Positions 50,065 through 59,457 of a DNA stretch of 64,000 nt are shown piece after piece. This DNA is from a candidate division WWE3 bacterium RAAC2_WWE3_1 (GTDB lineage Bacteria; Patescibacteriota; WWE3; UBA101185; UBA10185): positions 529,680 through 593,679 of the forward strand of contig CP006914.1 of assembly GCA_000503835.1 (NCBI GenBank), written 5' to 3'. Within the stretch, counting starts at the first letter, position 1, and each line of letters opens with the position of its first letter. Under the pieces are notes generated by a model. The model ran no database searches. It saw nothing but the letters and a program-made list of their open reading frames with translations, and was not told where the DNA came from. Made by a program: the position numbers and the translations under genes.

Positions 50065-50703
50065 TTAGAACGTAATTAAATCTTTTATTTTTTCGTATAC
50101 CGAGTTGGTAATCTGGGATTTTTCCTTGAACTCCTCTACTCCCGAGTAAGGTCTGTTGGCGACTATTCTTCCTGCATAAGCGGCGCCTATGCCGGGAAGG
50201 GCATCGAGCTCATCAAAAGTGGCGGTATTGACATTTACCTTTCCGGCGGACGTGGAAGTTGTACCCGCAACCTCCGGGGAACTCCCCGAGCTTTCAGCAA
50301 CGGGATTAGACTGTAATGACGGAAATATTTCCTGAGAACAGTTACCCCGGCTTACGCTGTATCCTAAAGCCTCGAACGGAATAAATACCTTCTGTTCATC
50401 CTTCAGGATCTGGGATAGGTTGATGTTTTTACTGACCCAGTAATAGTCGTAGTCGGATGTAAAATCGCCGGCAATTTTGATGGCGTCTATCATCCTGCCG
50501 CCTTCTTTAATATCATACACACCCGGGTTGGACACCGCGCCTGTGATTTCCACTGCGATATCGGCGGCATCGACGCAGATATTTTCTACGCCGTTGTCCG
50601 GAGGTTTGTCGGAATAGAAGACCGGATAAATCTGCGATACAACATACCCGGTTATAAAGGCTAATCCTACGGCTAAAATAATCGAAACCCTGTTTGAAGA
50701 CAC
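50065..50703 (-). CDS. comEA: ComEA DNA receptor (SLBB + HhH)
   Basis: 'GAVSNPGVY', 'VNVNTATFDELDALPGIG..RPY'. Confidence 0.92.
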   Translation of the reverse strand: MSSNRVSIILAVGLAFITGYVVSQIYPVFYSDKPPDNGVENICVDAADIAVEITGAVSNPGVYDIKEGGRMIDAIKIAGDFTSDYDYYWVSKNINLSQILKDEQKVFIPFEALGYSVSRGNCSQEIFPSLQSNPVAESSGSSPEVAGTTSTSAGKVNVNTATFDELDALPGIGAAYAGRIVANRPYSGVEEFKEKSQITNSVYEKIKDLITF

Positions 50704-50907
50704 GCCTTATCGTAAGTTCATATGCTTAAAAAATAAATGGAGATGGGTCTATCTTCGGTAGAAATCCGATTATTTAATTACCGCGGAATAAACGCAAGGC
50801 GATGCCTTGAATACAATATGTAATGACTTAACACAACTTATTACCGCATAATTAACGCGTGGGTAGGTTCGCAACGGCAAGCCGGGAAAAAACGGAAATA
50901 AAAAAAC

Positions 50908-51201
50908 TCAGTCTTCCAGAGCTTTTAGCAGGATTTCTTTGAAAACCTTACTTCTGTTTAAATCCTTTAGAAGAGCCACAAACCTCGTCTCATTTATTCT
51001 GTAGTAAACTTCTCTGCCCTTTTTGTCATTCTTCAAAAAACCAAGGGAGGCTAAAACCCTGAGATGATGAGATGCCAGATTTTCTTCTACATTAAGCCTA
51101 TCCGCCACCTCCGAAACATTTCTCTGACCCGTACTTAAATACTGGATAATCTTTAGGCGGTTCTTGTCTGCCAAGGCCTTAGAAACTTTTTCTAACATCA
51201 T
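50908..51201 (-). CDS. ArsR/SmtB family transcriptional regulator
   Basis: 'KALADKNRLKII..NVSEVA..SHHLRVL..GREVYY'. Confidence 0.9.
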   Translation of the reverse strand: MMLEKVSKALADKNRLKIIQYLSTGQRNVSEVADRLNVEENLASHHLRVLASLGFLKNDKKGREVYYRINETRFVALLKDLNRSKVFKEILLKALED

Positions 51202-51235
51202 AATGCCTGGAATATACAACATGATTTAAAATAAT

Positions 51236-52756
51236 TCAAGGTTTGTCATTCTTTACCCTATATTGGACGGCTTCCGCCAGGTGGGCCGCTGAGATTTCCG
51301 AAGCATTTTCCAGATCCGCTATGGTCCTGGATACCGCCAGTATTCTGTGAACTGCCCGTGTGGATAATCCGTATCTTGAAACCGTCATTTCTAACAGGGA
51401 CGAAGCATCCCCCTCCAGGTTACATATTCTATTTATACTGTTGTAAGGTATCCCGGAATTGTAACTGATTCCCAAATGCGCGAGCCTGTTCCTTTGAATA
51501 GAAACCGCCTTTCCGATCTGCTCTCTGACAGGACATGTCGCGTGGCATTCTTCTCCGTTTTTTAGACGGGACGCTTCCAAGGAAGAACCGGATACATAAG
51601 TTAAAATATCGAATCTTTCCAATAAGGATGCATTCATCCTCATATTGTAGGTGTTTATATCTTTTCCGTTACATTTGCACTGTCTATCCTCTGCCCCGAG
51701 CAGACCGCACATACAATTGTTTGCCGCTCCTATCAATAGGAAATCAGCGGGATAAGAAACAGGAACCCCCTCATTGTGGAACTCTATCTTCTTAAGATCA
51801 ATGACCGTTTTTAGAGAGTTCAAGACTTTGGGTCTAAAAAGGTGCATTTCGTCCAGGAAAAGTATTCCCTTGTGTCCCAAAGTTGCCTCTCCGGGCATTC
51901 TGGGACTTCCTATTAAACTGCCCTCACTGACGGAAATGTGGGGTCTTCTAAATGGCGTTGTTACAACATTTTCTACGGGCAGTCCGCATAAAACTCCGGC
52001 TTTTAATATTTCCACTACATCTTTTGTGGTACCCGCAGGAAACATACGAGCACTCTTCTCTGCCAATAAGGACTTTCCCGTACCCGAGGGACCGAGCATT
52101 AAAATATTGTGGTGTCCGGAAATACTTATCGTCAAAGCACGTTTCGCACGAGCGTTTCCGAGTACGTTACAGAAACATCCCGCCCCGCCCCTGATCTCCG
52201 GAACATAACTATGTGACAAAGACTGACTTTCAATCAAAGTCATTCCGTTGCCTTTAATAAAAAACTTCGCCGCGTCACCCAAAGAGGACAATTTATATAC
52301 ATTTAGGTCATTTTTCTTTTCGTTAAAATAATAGGACTTGTCCGGTATAAACAACCGACCTATTCTCCCCGACGCCCACCCGTCGTCCATGAATATAGTT
52401 TTAACCGAAGGAACGAGATAACCTGCCGAGTCGACACCGCCGTAGAAAAGATCCGATGTACCGGAAACCGACCCCGAATGAACAAGTAAAATACTCATTG
52501 ATATAGGAAACTCTATGTCTGCAAGGTCAGAAATTAAACCCGCCGGATACACATTCACGTTCATTTTCTTGTTTGGAAATTCCAGTCCGGAGTTGCTAAA
52601 GGCAGTTCTGATCTTTCTTATACTTTTCACACACTCCCCACCCTTCACACCCGTTACCTCGACCCTCGGTATGCCCCGAGACGAAATAGTAACCTCAATG
52701 TCGAGATCAACAACCGTAGAACCCTTAATAACGAACGACCTAACTTTATAGTACAT
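51236..52756 (-). CDS. comM: ComM/YifB Mg-chelatase-like AAA+ ATPase
   Basis: 'GPSGTGKS', 'PFRRPH', 'PGEATLGHKGILFLDE', 'RTIADLE..HLAEAVQYR'. Confidence 0.9.
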   Translation of the reverse strand: MYYKVRSFVIKGSTVVDLDIEVTISSRGIPRVEVTGVKGGECVKSIRKIRTAFSNSGLEFPNKKMNVNVYPAGLISDLADIEFPISMSILLVHSGSVSGTSDLFYGGVDSAGYLVPSVKTIFMDDGWASGRIGRLFIPDKSYYFNEKKNDLNVYKLSSLGDAAKFFIKGNGMTLIESQSLSHSYVPEIRGGAGCFCNVLGNARAKRALTISISGHHNILMLGPSGTGKSLLAEKSARMFPAGTTKDVVEILKAGVLCGLPVENVVTTPFRRPHISVSEGSLIGSPRMPGEATLGHKGILFLDEMHLFRPKVLNSLKTVIDLKKIEFHNEGVPVSYPADFLLIGAANNCMCGLLGAEDRQCKCNGKDINTYNMRMNASLLERFDILTYVSGSSLEASRLKNGEECHATCPVREQIGKAVSIQRNRLAHLGISYNSGIPYNSINRICNLEGDASSLLEMTVSRYGLSTRAVHRILAVSRTIADLENASEISAAHLAEAVQYRVKNDKP

Positions 52757-53603
52757 AATAGACGCCTCCCTTTTCGAAAATCAGATTTTTCAGCATCATT
52801 TCAACGATAATTTTGTTCAGAACGGGCCCGGGAATTCCTGTTTCACTGCTCAGATCATCGAAGTCCGGACTCTTTTCCTTTAGTACGGAAAGAATACGTG
52901 ATTCCCTGTCATCGTCCGCGGCTGTCGTGCCGTTTCGGCGTGTTTCCTCCTTATTAATGCCCATCTCATTCATAAGCTGTCCGGGCGAAAGATAAATCTC
53001 CGCCCCCTCGGCGGCCAGCTTGTTTGTCCCCGCCGATCTCTCTGTGTAAATATCCCCGGGGACGCTGAAAATTTTCCTACCGTACTTAGAGGCAAAATAG
53101 GCAGTAATCATGGAACCGCTGTTTAAGGAGGCTTCGACAACCAAAAGTACTTTGGATAAGGCCGCTATTATTCTGTTCCTCTTTGGATAGGTCCATTTTC
53201 GAGGTTTAAACCCGTCCTCAAATTCCGAAACTACTGCCCCTCCGCCCCTTACTATCCTTTTATACAGTTCTTTATTTGTTGAGGGGTGGACAATATCACA
53301 ACCGCAGGGCATTACAGCAACAGTAATGCAACCCGCGCCTAAAGCAAATTCGTGGGCGTAGCTATCGGTACCTGCGGTGAAGCCGGAAACGACAATAAGT
53401 TCGGTGTCCTTTAAAAAATAAAAAAGTTCGCGCAAAACCCTAATACCGTAAGGGGAGATCCTCCTGCTTCCCACGATACCAAGACCTTTCTCACTAAAAC
53501 CCGTCGGCAGTGTTCCCCGCACGTATAAATTTTCCGGAAGTCCTTTAACAGGCCCGCCGCACGAAGGAAAGACCACTATGTCAGACGGAGCCGCGTTTAT
53601 CAT
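52746..53603 (-). CDS. dprA: DNA-processing protein DprA
   Basis: 'IVGSR..SPYG', 'VSG..GTD..AH', 'RNRIIAALS', 'SGSMITA'. Confidence 0.93.
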   Translation of the reverse strand: MINAAPSDIVVFPSCGGPVKGLPENLYVRGTLPTGFSEKGLGIVGSRRISPYGIRVLRELFYFLKDTELIVVSGFTAGTDSYAHEFALGAGCITVAVMPCGCDIVHPSTNKELYKRIVRGGGAVVSEFEDGFKPRKWTYPKRNRIIAALSKVLLVVEASLNSGSMITAYFASKYGRKIFSVPGDIYTERSAGTNKLAAEGAEIYLSPGQLMNEMGINKEETRRNGTTAADDDRESRILSVLKEKSPDFDDLSSETGIPGPVLNKIIVEMMLKNLIFEKGGVYYVL

Positions 53604-53689
53604 GTATACAAATATGATACCGGCGCCATAAAACACAATATTCGGAGTTCCAGCCAGATTAGAAAAATACTATTTGCTATAATGCGTTT

Positions 53690-54364
53690 ATGGAAAAAAT
53701 GTTAAGCACCGATGAACTCGTATTAAAAGCACGCGAAACGGGAGTTGATTTTGGTAAGGGCGATCCTTACAACAGACTCAGGTACTACACAAAGATCGGG
53801 TGGCTACCTCATATGACAAGACAAAAGGACAGCGATGGCAATATAAGGGGGCACTACCCCGATTGGGTTCTGGGCCAACTGGTCACTATTGAAAAACTCA
53901 AGGCCGAAGGAGCCGGTAACGACGAAATAGCCAAACAAATAGAAACAAAGAATAAATACACGAACCTGCTGAATCTCATAAAATCCAAAGAGGTTAGAAC
54001 CCAGCTGATTTCCTACTCCACTTTAATACTTTTGCTCATAATATCCGCCAATGAATTCGGAGTCATTAATATAGGTAACCAGAAATCAAGTCTTATAGAA
54101 GCATACTCATCACAGGGAACGAACAGCGATAGTATTGAGATACTGGCTTCGGGCTCGACTATAGTTCCCAAAGGCCGTTCTACCGTATTCGTGAACAGTA
54201 AGAACCTGACCGCCGACGCTAAAGTAATTATCACTTTTACTCAAAGTTTTTCACCGGCTACCGCTTATTGGGTAACTAATGTAAAGGCGGGCGAAGGGTT
54301 TGAACTCAGACTCGACACGCCGCTTTATTACGACACATCTTTTAACTGGTTCGTGTCCAAATAG
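53690..54364 (+). CDS. MerR-like HTH + TM + extracellular domain homologous to the C-terminus of the 4474-aa protein
   Basis: 'RLRYYTKIGWLP..GHYP..IEKLKAEG..DEI', TM, and a C-terminal domain ending 'DTSFNWFV'. Confidence 0.75.
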   Translation: MEKMLSTDELVLKARETGVDFGKGDPYNRLRYYTKIGWLPHMTRQKDSDGNIRGHYPDWVLGQLVTIEKLKAEGAGNDEIAKQIETKNKYTNLLNLIKSKEVRTQLISYSTLILLLIISANEFGVINIGNQKSSLIEAYSSQGTNSDSIEILASGSTIVPKGRSTVFVNSKNLTADAKVIITFTQSFSPATAYWVTNVKAGEGFELRLDTPLYYDTSFNWFVSK

Positions 54365-54446
54365 CGTAACTACAACAATTAACTATTGCTTTCCCTTTAC
54401 GAGAAAACCCCTTGACAGACTTATTTTCTGCGTACAAACTTGAGAT

Positions 54447-56690
54447 ATGAAACAGAACAATAATTTAACCGTCATACTCGAGGGTATATCTAAAGTTATT
54501 CCACTTTACCTACTCCCTTTTCTAGTACCAATTTTTTTCCTGCCGATTACAACTGAGTTCTTCGAACTGAACAAACTCACGTTGATAATCGTAAGCACCA
54601 TACTGCTGTCAATACTCTGGGCAGTAAGACTGATGATGGGTCAAAAAATCGAACTTGCGAAGTCCATCATAGATTTCCCCCTGGTCATATTCACAGGTGT
54701 ATATGCTTTAGCTACGGTCTTTTCCATGAATAAGACCGTAAGTATCTTCGGAAGCCAGGGAAGGTGGCTAGGATTATTCTCGTTGGTAGTCTTCGTAATC
54801 TACTACTACATCGCAACCCCCTTGTACAGAAGTCCCAAAGCTATAAAAACAGCTATATACGCATTCCTGACCGGCACCGGGATTGCGACTTTCGTCTCAC
54901 TCTTAGGCTACTTCAACATTTTTATTTCTTCCGCACCGTACATGAAATTGCAAAATTTCTCTTTTTACGGAGGCACCACACAAACAGCGATGTTCGCATC
55001 CTTATCTATAGTGATGGCTCTCGTTCTTATAGCCTACGAGAGAAATATGTTAATAAAGATAGGTCTTGTAGGGGCAACCATCCTGAGTATCCTTTATGTC
55101 GCATTAACCGGGGCACTAGCCGCGTGGGCTGTACTTGTGGTCGGGATAATCGGAATGGTCTTTTACGTCGATCTTTCTAAAGTATTCAAGGACGGCATTT
55201 ACTATCTTGCCATTCTGGGAACAACTGCTGCAATGGCAGTCGTATTTTTGGTTCCGGCAACACGAAATGTACTCGTAAATCCTAATTTCCCGAAAGAGCT
55301 CGGTCTTCCGGTAAGAGAAAGCTGGGTAGTTGCATCATCGACAATACAAAACTTTCCTCTTCTTGCCACAGGACCTTCGACCTTCCAAACCAACTTCACC
55401 CGTTTCAGACCTATGAGCCTTAACGCAACGGAGTTTTGGAATGTAAGATTTGATATACCTTTCAATGAAATCTTCAACATCATCGCCACGGTCGGTATAT
55501 TAGGTCTGCTCACCGTTATATTTCTGGCTTCGAGAATGATGAAACTTGCGAATCAAACCAAATTCACCGACAGCCGTGAGGGACTTACCGAAGTTTTGAG
55601 TCTTTCTCTTGTAGCCCTGATGTCTTCCTTCCTGTTCACTTATGCTTCCGTAGCATCAACATTCATGTTATTCACACTTCTCGCTTTACTGGTTGCCGCT
55701 CATACGTATATTGACGAACACAGCAGAGTTGCGCAGATCAGTTCTATCGGCGCAAAAGACATTCAAGCAGTTGCTTCTTTAGGAGACAGTTCTGCGATAA
55801 ATAAGGAATACTCTAAGTTTATTTTCGGAGGAGTCATAATCCTCGCTGTAGTATACGGAGGTTACCTCTGGAGCAAGAACTACATGGGAGAGTTCTATAT
55901 GAGAAAAGCTGTTCTGGCCCTTATCAGCAACGACGGAGCAGCTGTGTACGAGAATCAGAGAAAAGCTATTACGGCTAATCCGACAAGAGATTCTTATTAC
56001 AACTCTTTCGCACAAACCGACCTCGCTTTGGCAAATAATATAGCAGGAAAAGAAAACCTTACGGATGCCGAAAAGCAGACGATACAGGGTTTGATCTCCG
56101 AAGCTATAACTACCACCAGGGTCACCACAGAGGCCATAAACCCTCTCAGCGCGGCTAACTGGGAAACCAGAGCATTAATATACAGAAGTATTCTAAATGT
56201 CGCCGACAATGCCTCTGAGTGGGCGGTATCGGCATACAACACAGCCATACAGCTTGACCCCACAAACCCGAGACTGAGACTTGATCTTGGCGGAATGTAC
56301 TACGCTCAAAAGGACTACCTCTCAGCAGCCAATCAGTTCAGACAGGCTTTCTCACTGAAACCCGACTACGCGAATGCCTACTATAACTTTGCGCAGTCTA
56401 TGGTTCAGTTAAATGACCTGCAGAGTGCAAAACAAGCGTTCGAGGTTGCAAAAACTCTCGTTCCTGCCGATTCTGAGGACGCCAAACTTCTGAACAAAGA
56501 GATTGCAGCTATAGACGAAAAGATAAAAGCGGCGGGTACTACCGGGCAGGTTAAACCCACTGTCGAACAAATAACCGCTTCGCAGAATCAGGGTCCCGTA
56601 CAACAAGAACCTCTGGTCAAAGCAGGCGAGGAACAACAGATTGAAGGACAGAATCTTGATTTGGGAACTTTACCAAAACAGGGAGAATAA
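54447..56690 (+). CDS. O-antigen ligase-like polytopic membrane protein with C-terminal TPR
   Basis: About 12 TMs, 'PLLATGPSTF', TPRs 'AIQLDPTNP..LKPDYANAYYN'. Confidence 0.8.
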   Translation: MKQNNNLTVILEGISKVIPLYLLPFLVPIFFLPITTEFFELNKLTLIIVSTILLSILWAVRLMMGQKIELAKSIIDFPLVIFTGVYALATVFSMNKTVSIFGSQGRWLGLFSLVVFVIYYYIATPLYRSPKAIKTAIYAFLTGTGIATFVSLLGYFNIFISSAPYMKLQNFSFYGGTTQTAMFASLSIVMALVLIAYERNMLIKIGLVGATILSILYVALTGALAAWAVLVVGIIGMVFYVDLSKVFKDGIYYLAILGTTAAMAVVFLVPATRNVLVNPNFPKELGLPVRESWVVASSTIQNFPLLATGPSTFQTNFTRFRPMSLNATEFWNVRFDIPFNEIFNIIATVGILGLLTVIFLASRMMKLANQTKFTDSREGLTEVLSLSLVALMSSFLFTYASVASTFMLFTLLALLVAAHTYIDEHSRVAQISSIGAKDIQAVASLGDSSAINKEYSKFIFGGVIILAVVYGGYLWSKNYMGEFYMRKAVLALISNDGAAVYENQRKAITANPTRDSYYNSFAQTDLALANNIAGKENLTDAEKQTIQGLISEAITTTRVTTEAINPLSAANWETRALIYRSILNVADNASEWAVSAYNTAIQLDPTNPRLRLDLGGMYYAQKDYLSAANQFRQAFSLKPDYANAYYNFAQSMVQLNDLQSAKQAFEVAKTLVPADSEDAKLLNKEIAAIDEKIKAAGTTGQVKPTVEQITASQNQGPVQQEPLVKAGEEQQIEGQNLDLGTLPKQGE

Positions 56691-56719
56691 GACCCCGGAA
56701 TTACAAAGAGATTGAAAAG

Positions 56720-56750
56720 AAGAAACCCCCGCTCGGCGGGGGTTTCTTTA
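56720..56750. terminator. Bidirectional intrinsic terminator
   Basis: AAGAAACCCCCGC-TCG-GCGGGGGTTTCTT. Confidence 0.85.
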
Positions 56751-56756
56751 TGTGTA

Positions 56757-56910
56757 TTTTCTGGTGGACCGTAGCGGAGTAAGAGCTTGCTCACTCACTC
56801 CGTTCGTTGCGCTTCCTCATACATTGCTACACAATGACGAACCACTTCGTAGTTCTTCGTTTTAGATTCAACGAAAAACTATCGGTAGCCTTGGCTACCG
56901 CTACTTTTTC
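56757..56910 (-). mobile_element. tRNA-linked mini-element ending in a 24-bp copy of the tRNA-Ala 3' end and trailer
   Basis: 56757-56780 is identical to 56906-56929. Confidence 0.55.
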
Positions 56911-56986
56911 TGGTGGACCGTAGCGGAGTCGAACCGCTGACCTCTTCCATGCCATGGAAGCGCTCTACCAACTAAGCTAACGGCCC
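56911..56986 (-). tRNA. tRNA-Ala(GGC)
   Basis: Cloverleaf, anticodon GGC, G3-U70, CCA. Confidence 0.95.
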
Positions 56987-57032
56987 AAATTCCAATAATA
57001 AAAGTGCGACAAGACGGAACCTAAGAATTATA

Positions 57033-58178
57033 TCAGATACCTTTAGGAGTCATAGTTTTAACAGTTTCCCGTCCAAAAACCATTCTCTTGTTCGGAAGAT
57101 TCTCTATCGTGAATAATTTTACAGGTTTTTCAGCATTAAACACCGATCTTTTCGGATTTTCCTCAAGAATCTTTTTTATCCTGCCCATCAATTTTTCTAC
57201 TCCCTCCCCCGTTACGCCGGATATGCCTTCGGCACTAATACCGTTCTTTTTAAATTCAGAAAAAATATGGACGGCGTCGTCCTTAGATTCGGTAATGTCC
57301 ATTTTATTTATAACAACCAGTTCGGGCTTGTCCATTAACCCCTTACCGTATACTTCCAGTTCTTTTCTTATTTTCCGGTAATTGGACAGGGCGTTTTCTG
57401 CCGGAGTCAGACCGCCCTCACCTGAGTAGCCTTCCAGGGGATCTATCAAATGTACAAGCACTCTGGTACGCTCTACGTGCCTCAAAAACTCGTCACCCAG
57501 GCCTTTGCCCTCCGAAGCTCCCTCTATTAACCCCGGAATATCGGAAATTATGATGTTTTCACCGTTTTCCAACTCCATGACGCCTAGATTAGGTGAAAGG
57601 GTGGTAAAAGGATAGTTCGCGACCTTGACATTAGCGTGGGTCAATCTATTTAGTAACGTACTTTTACCCGCGTTGGGCAACCCTATTAAACCGACATCAG
57701 CTACGAGTTTTACTTCAAGTTTAATATCTTTTTGTTCACCCAAAGTTCCGGGAGTGTATTGAACAGGAGTCTGATTGGTGGAACTGCGGAACCTGTAATT
57801 TCCCCGGCCGCCAATTCCTCCCCGGGCGATAAGAAATTCCTTTCCGTCATCGTCCATATCAGCAACCAGAACCTCGCGTCCTTCTTTTATCTCATAAACC
57901 AAGGTCCCGAGGGGTACTGAAATTCTGTAATCTTTCCCATCAGCTCCGTACATTTTCAACTTCCCGCCATGACCTCCGTCTTCGCCCGCGTACATCTCTT
58001 TCGTTCTAAAATCCCTGAGAGTAGCCATGTTCCTGTCGGCAACAAAATAAACGCTCCCACCGTCTCCACCGTCACCTCCGTCGGGCCCTCCCTTCGGAGT
58101 ACCTTTTTCCCTGAAAAAAGAGACTTTTCCGTCCCCGCCGTTACCGGCCCTAAGTTTTATTTTCACCAGATCTATCAT
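57033..58178 (-). CDS. obgE: GTPase ObgE/CgtA
   Basis: 'GGPDGGDGG', 'GLPNAGKST', 'YPFTT', 'DIPGLIEGA', 'NKMD'. Confidence 0.97.
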   Translation of the reverse strand: MIDLVKIKLRAGNGGDGKVSFFREKGTPKGGPDGGDGGDGGSVYFVADRNMATLRDFRTKEMYAGEDGGHGGKLKMYGADGKDYRISVPLGTLVYEIKEGREVLVADMDDDGKEFLIARGGIGGRGNYRFRSSTNQTPVQYTPGTLGEQKDIKLEVKLVADVGLIGLPNAGKSTLLNRLTHANVKVANYPFTTLSPNLGVMELENGENIIISDIPGLIEGASEGKGLGDEFLRHVERTRVLVHLIDPLEGYSGEGGLTPAENALSNYRKIRKELEVYGKGLMDKPELVVINKMDITESKDDAVHIFSEFKKNGISAEGISGVTGEGVEKLMGRIKKILEENPKRSVFNAEKPVKLFTIENLPNKRMVFGRETVKTMTPKGI

Positions 58179-58180
58179 TT

Positions 58181-59410
58181 TTATTGAACGAAGTTGAACG
58201 GGTCCTGAGCGACGCCGTTGTACTTAATCGTAAAGTGAACATGGGGTCCGGTTGATCTTCCCGTGTTTCCCATCAATCCTATAATCTCACCCCGCGAAAC
58301 TTTCTGGCCATAGCTTACATCAATACGACTCATATGACCATAAACTGTCTCGTAACCGTTTCCGTGGTCTATCCTCACGTGCAGCCCCAATCCGAAAGGA
58401 TCCCACCCTGCTCTGACAACTGTTCCTGAGGTACACGCCAGCAACGGAGGCAGGGCAATATTGTGAGGCGTGGCTATGTCCAAACCATCGTGGTACCAGC
58501 TGAAATACTGGGTAATTATCCTGACCGTGGTCGGCCAGACACAAAAGCCTCTGTCGGCAGACGCCGCAGGAGAAATACCCGTCGACGGAGCCCCCGAATA
58601 CACCGAGATTACCGGCACGATCTTGGGAACCTTTCCGCCCGGAATAACCAGCTCAGTACCCAAAGCCAGATTTGAAGTGTCCAATAAATAATTAAAGTCG
58701 GCCACCGCTTGTGCAGGAACATCGTATTTTAACGCAATTGAGGTGAGCGTATCTCCTCTTTCGACTGTGTGGATAAGCCCTGCTACGGGAGGAATTGTTA
58801 TCTCCTGCCCTACCTTGAGTATCGAGTTGTCGGAAAGACTATTAACATATTTTATAGCGTCAACGGATATTTTGAACTTCTGCCCTATGCTATAGAGGGT
58901 ATCTCCCGATTCAATCTTGTATACATACGATTCGGTCCTCTTTCTCTCCTCGGGTACGGTCGTTACGGCCATCTCCCTTTTTGGAATAATATCGCTCGAA
59001 GTGGCAATATAGTCTGCCTTAACCTGAGGACTTGCTATAAAATCATAACTGCTCAAAACCTCACCGATCATAAATACTATCAACGACGCTGTCACCACAG
59101 TTACAAAGGCCAACGGTCTACCGAGTTTCCCCCTGGACCAGATCAATTTTTTGACAACAAAAGATTTTGCCGTTGAGGGTATCTGGAATAGAAAATAGAC
59201 GGCCGCTCCGATCAAAAACAGAAGGTCCACGATCTTGTCCCATAAATACTCTAACAGAGAACGAAAAAACTCCGCCCATATATTTACGAACTGTTCAAAT
59301 TTATTACGTCCTTGTGGCCTAAATCCTTCGAAGCTGAGCTGAAAAAAACGTTTAGACGCCGGGCGTTTGATAGTAAAAACCATAACTACTGGCTCTAACG
59401 ATTTTACCAA
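58181..59410 (-). CDS. LysM x2 + M23 peptidase
   Basis: 'GDTLYSIG', 'GDTLTSIA', 'HDGLD', 'YGHMS', 'STGPHVHF'. Start uncertain. Confidence 0.9.
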   Translation of the reverse strand: MVKSLEPVVMVFTIKRPASKRFFQLSFEGFRPQGRNKFEQFVNIWAEFFRSLLEYLWDKIVDLLFLIGAAVYFLFQIPSTAKSFVVKKLIWSRGKLGRPLAFVTVVTASLIVFMIGEVLSSYDFIASPQVKADYIATSSDIIPKREMAVTTVPEERKRTESYVYKIESGDTLYSIGQKFKISVDAIKYVNSLSDNSILKVGQEITIPPVAGLIHTVERGDTLTSIALKYDVPAQAVADFNYLLDTSNLALGTELVIPGGKVPKIVPVISVYSGAPSTGISPAASADRGFCVWPTTVRIITQYFSWYHDGLDIATPHNIALPPLLACTSGTVVRAGWDPFGLGLHVRIDHGNGYETVYGHMSRIDVSYGQKVSRGEIIGLMGNTGRSTGPHVHFTIKYNGVAQDPFNFVQ

Positions 59411-59457
59411 TACCGCGATTTAACGGCAAATCCAAAAACCCGGCTATATTTTATGAA

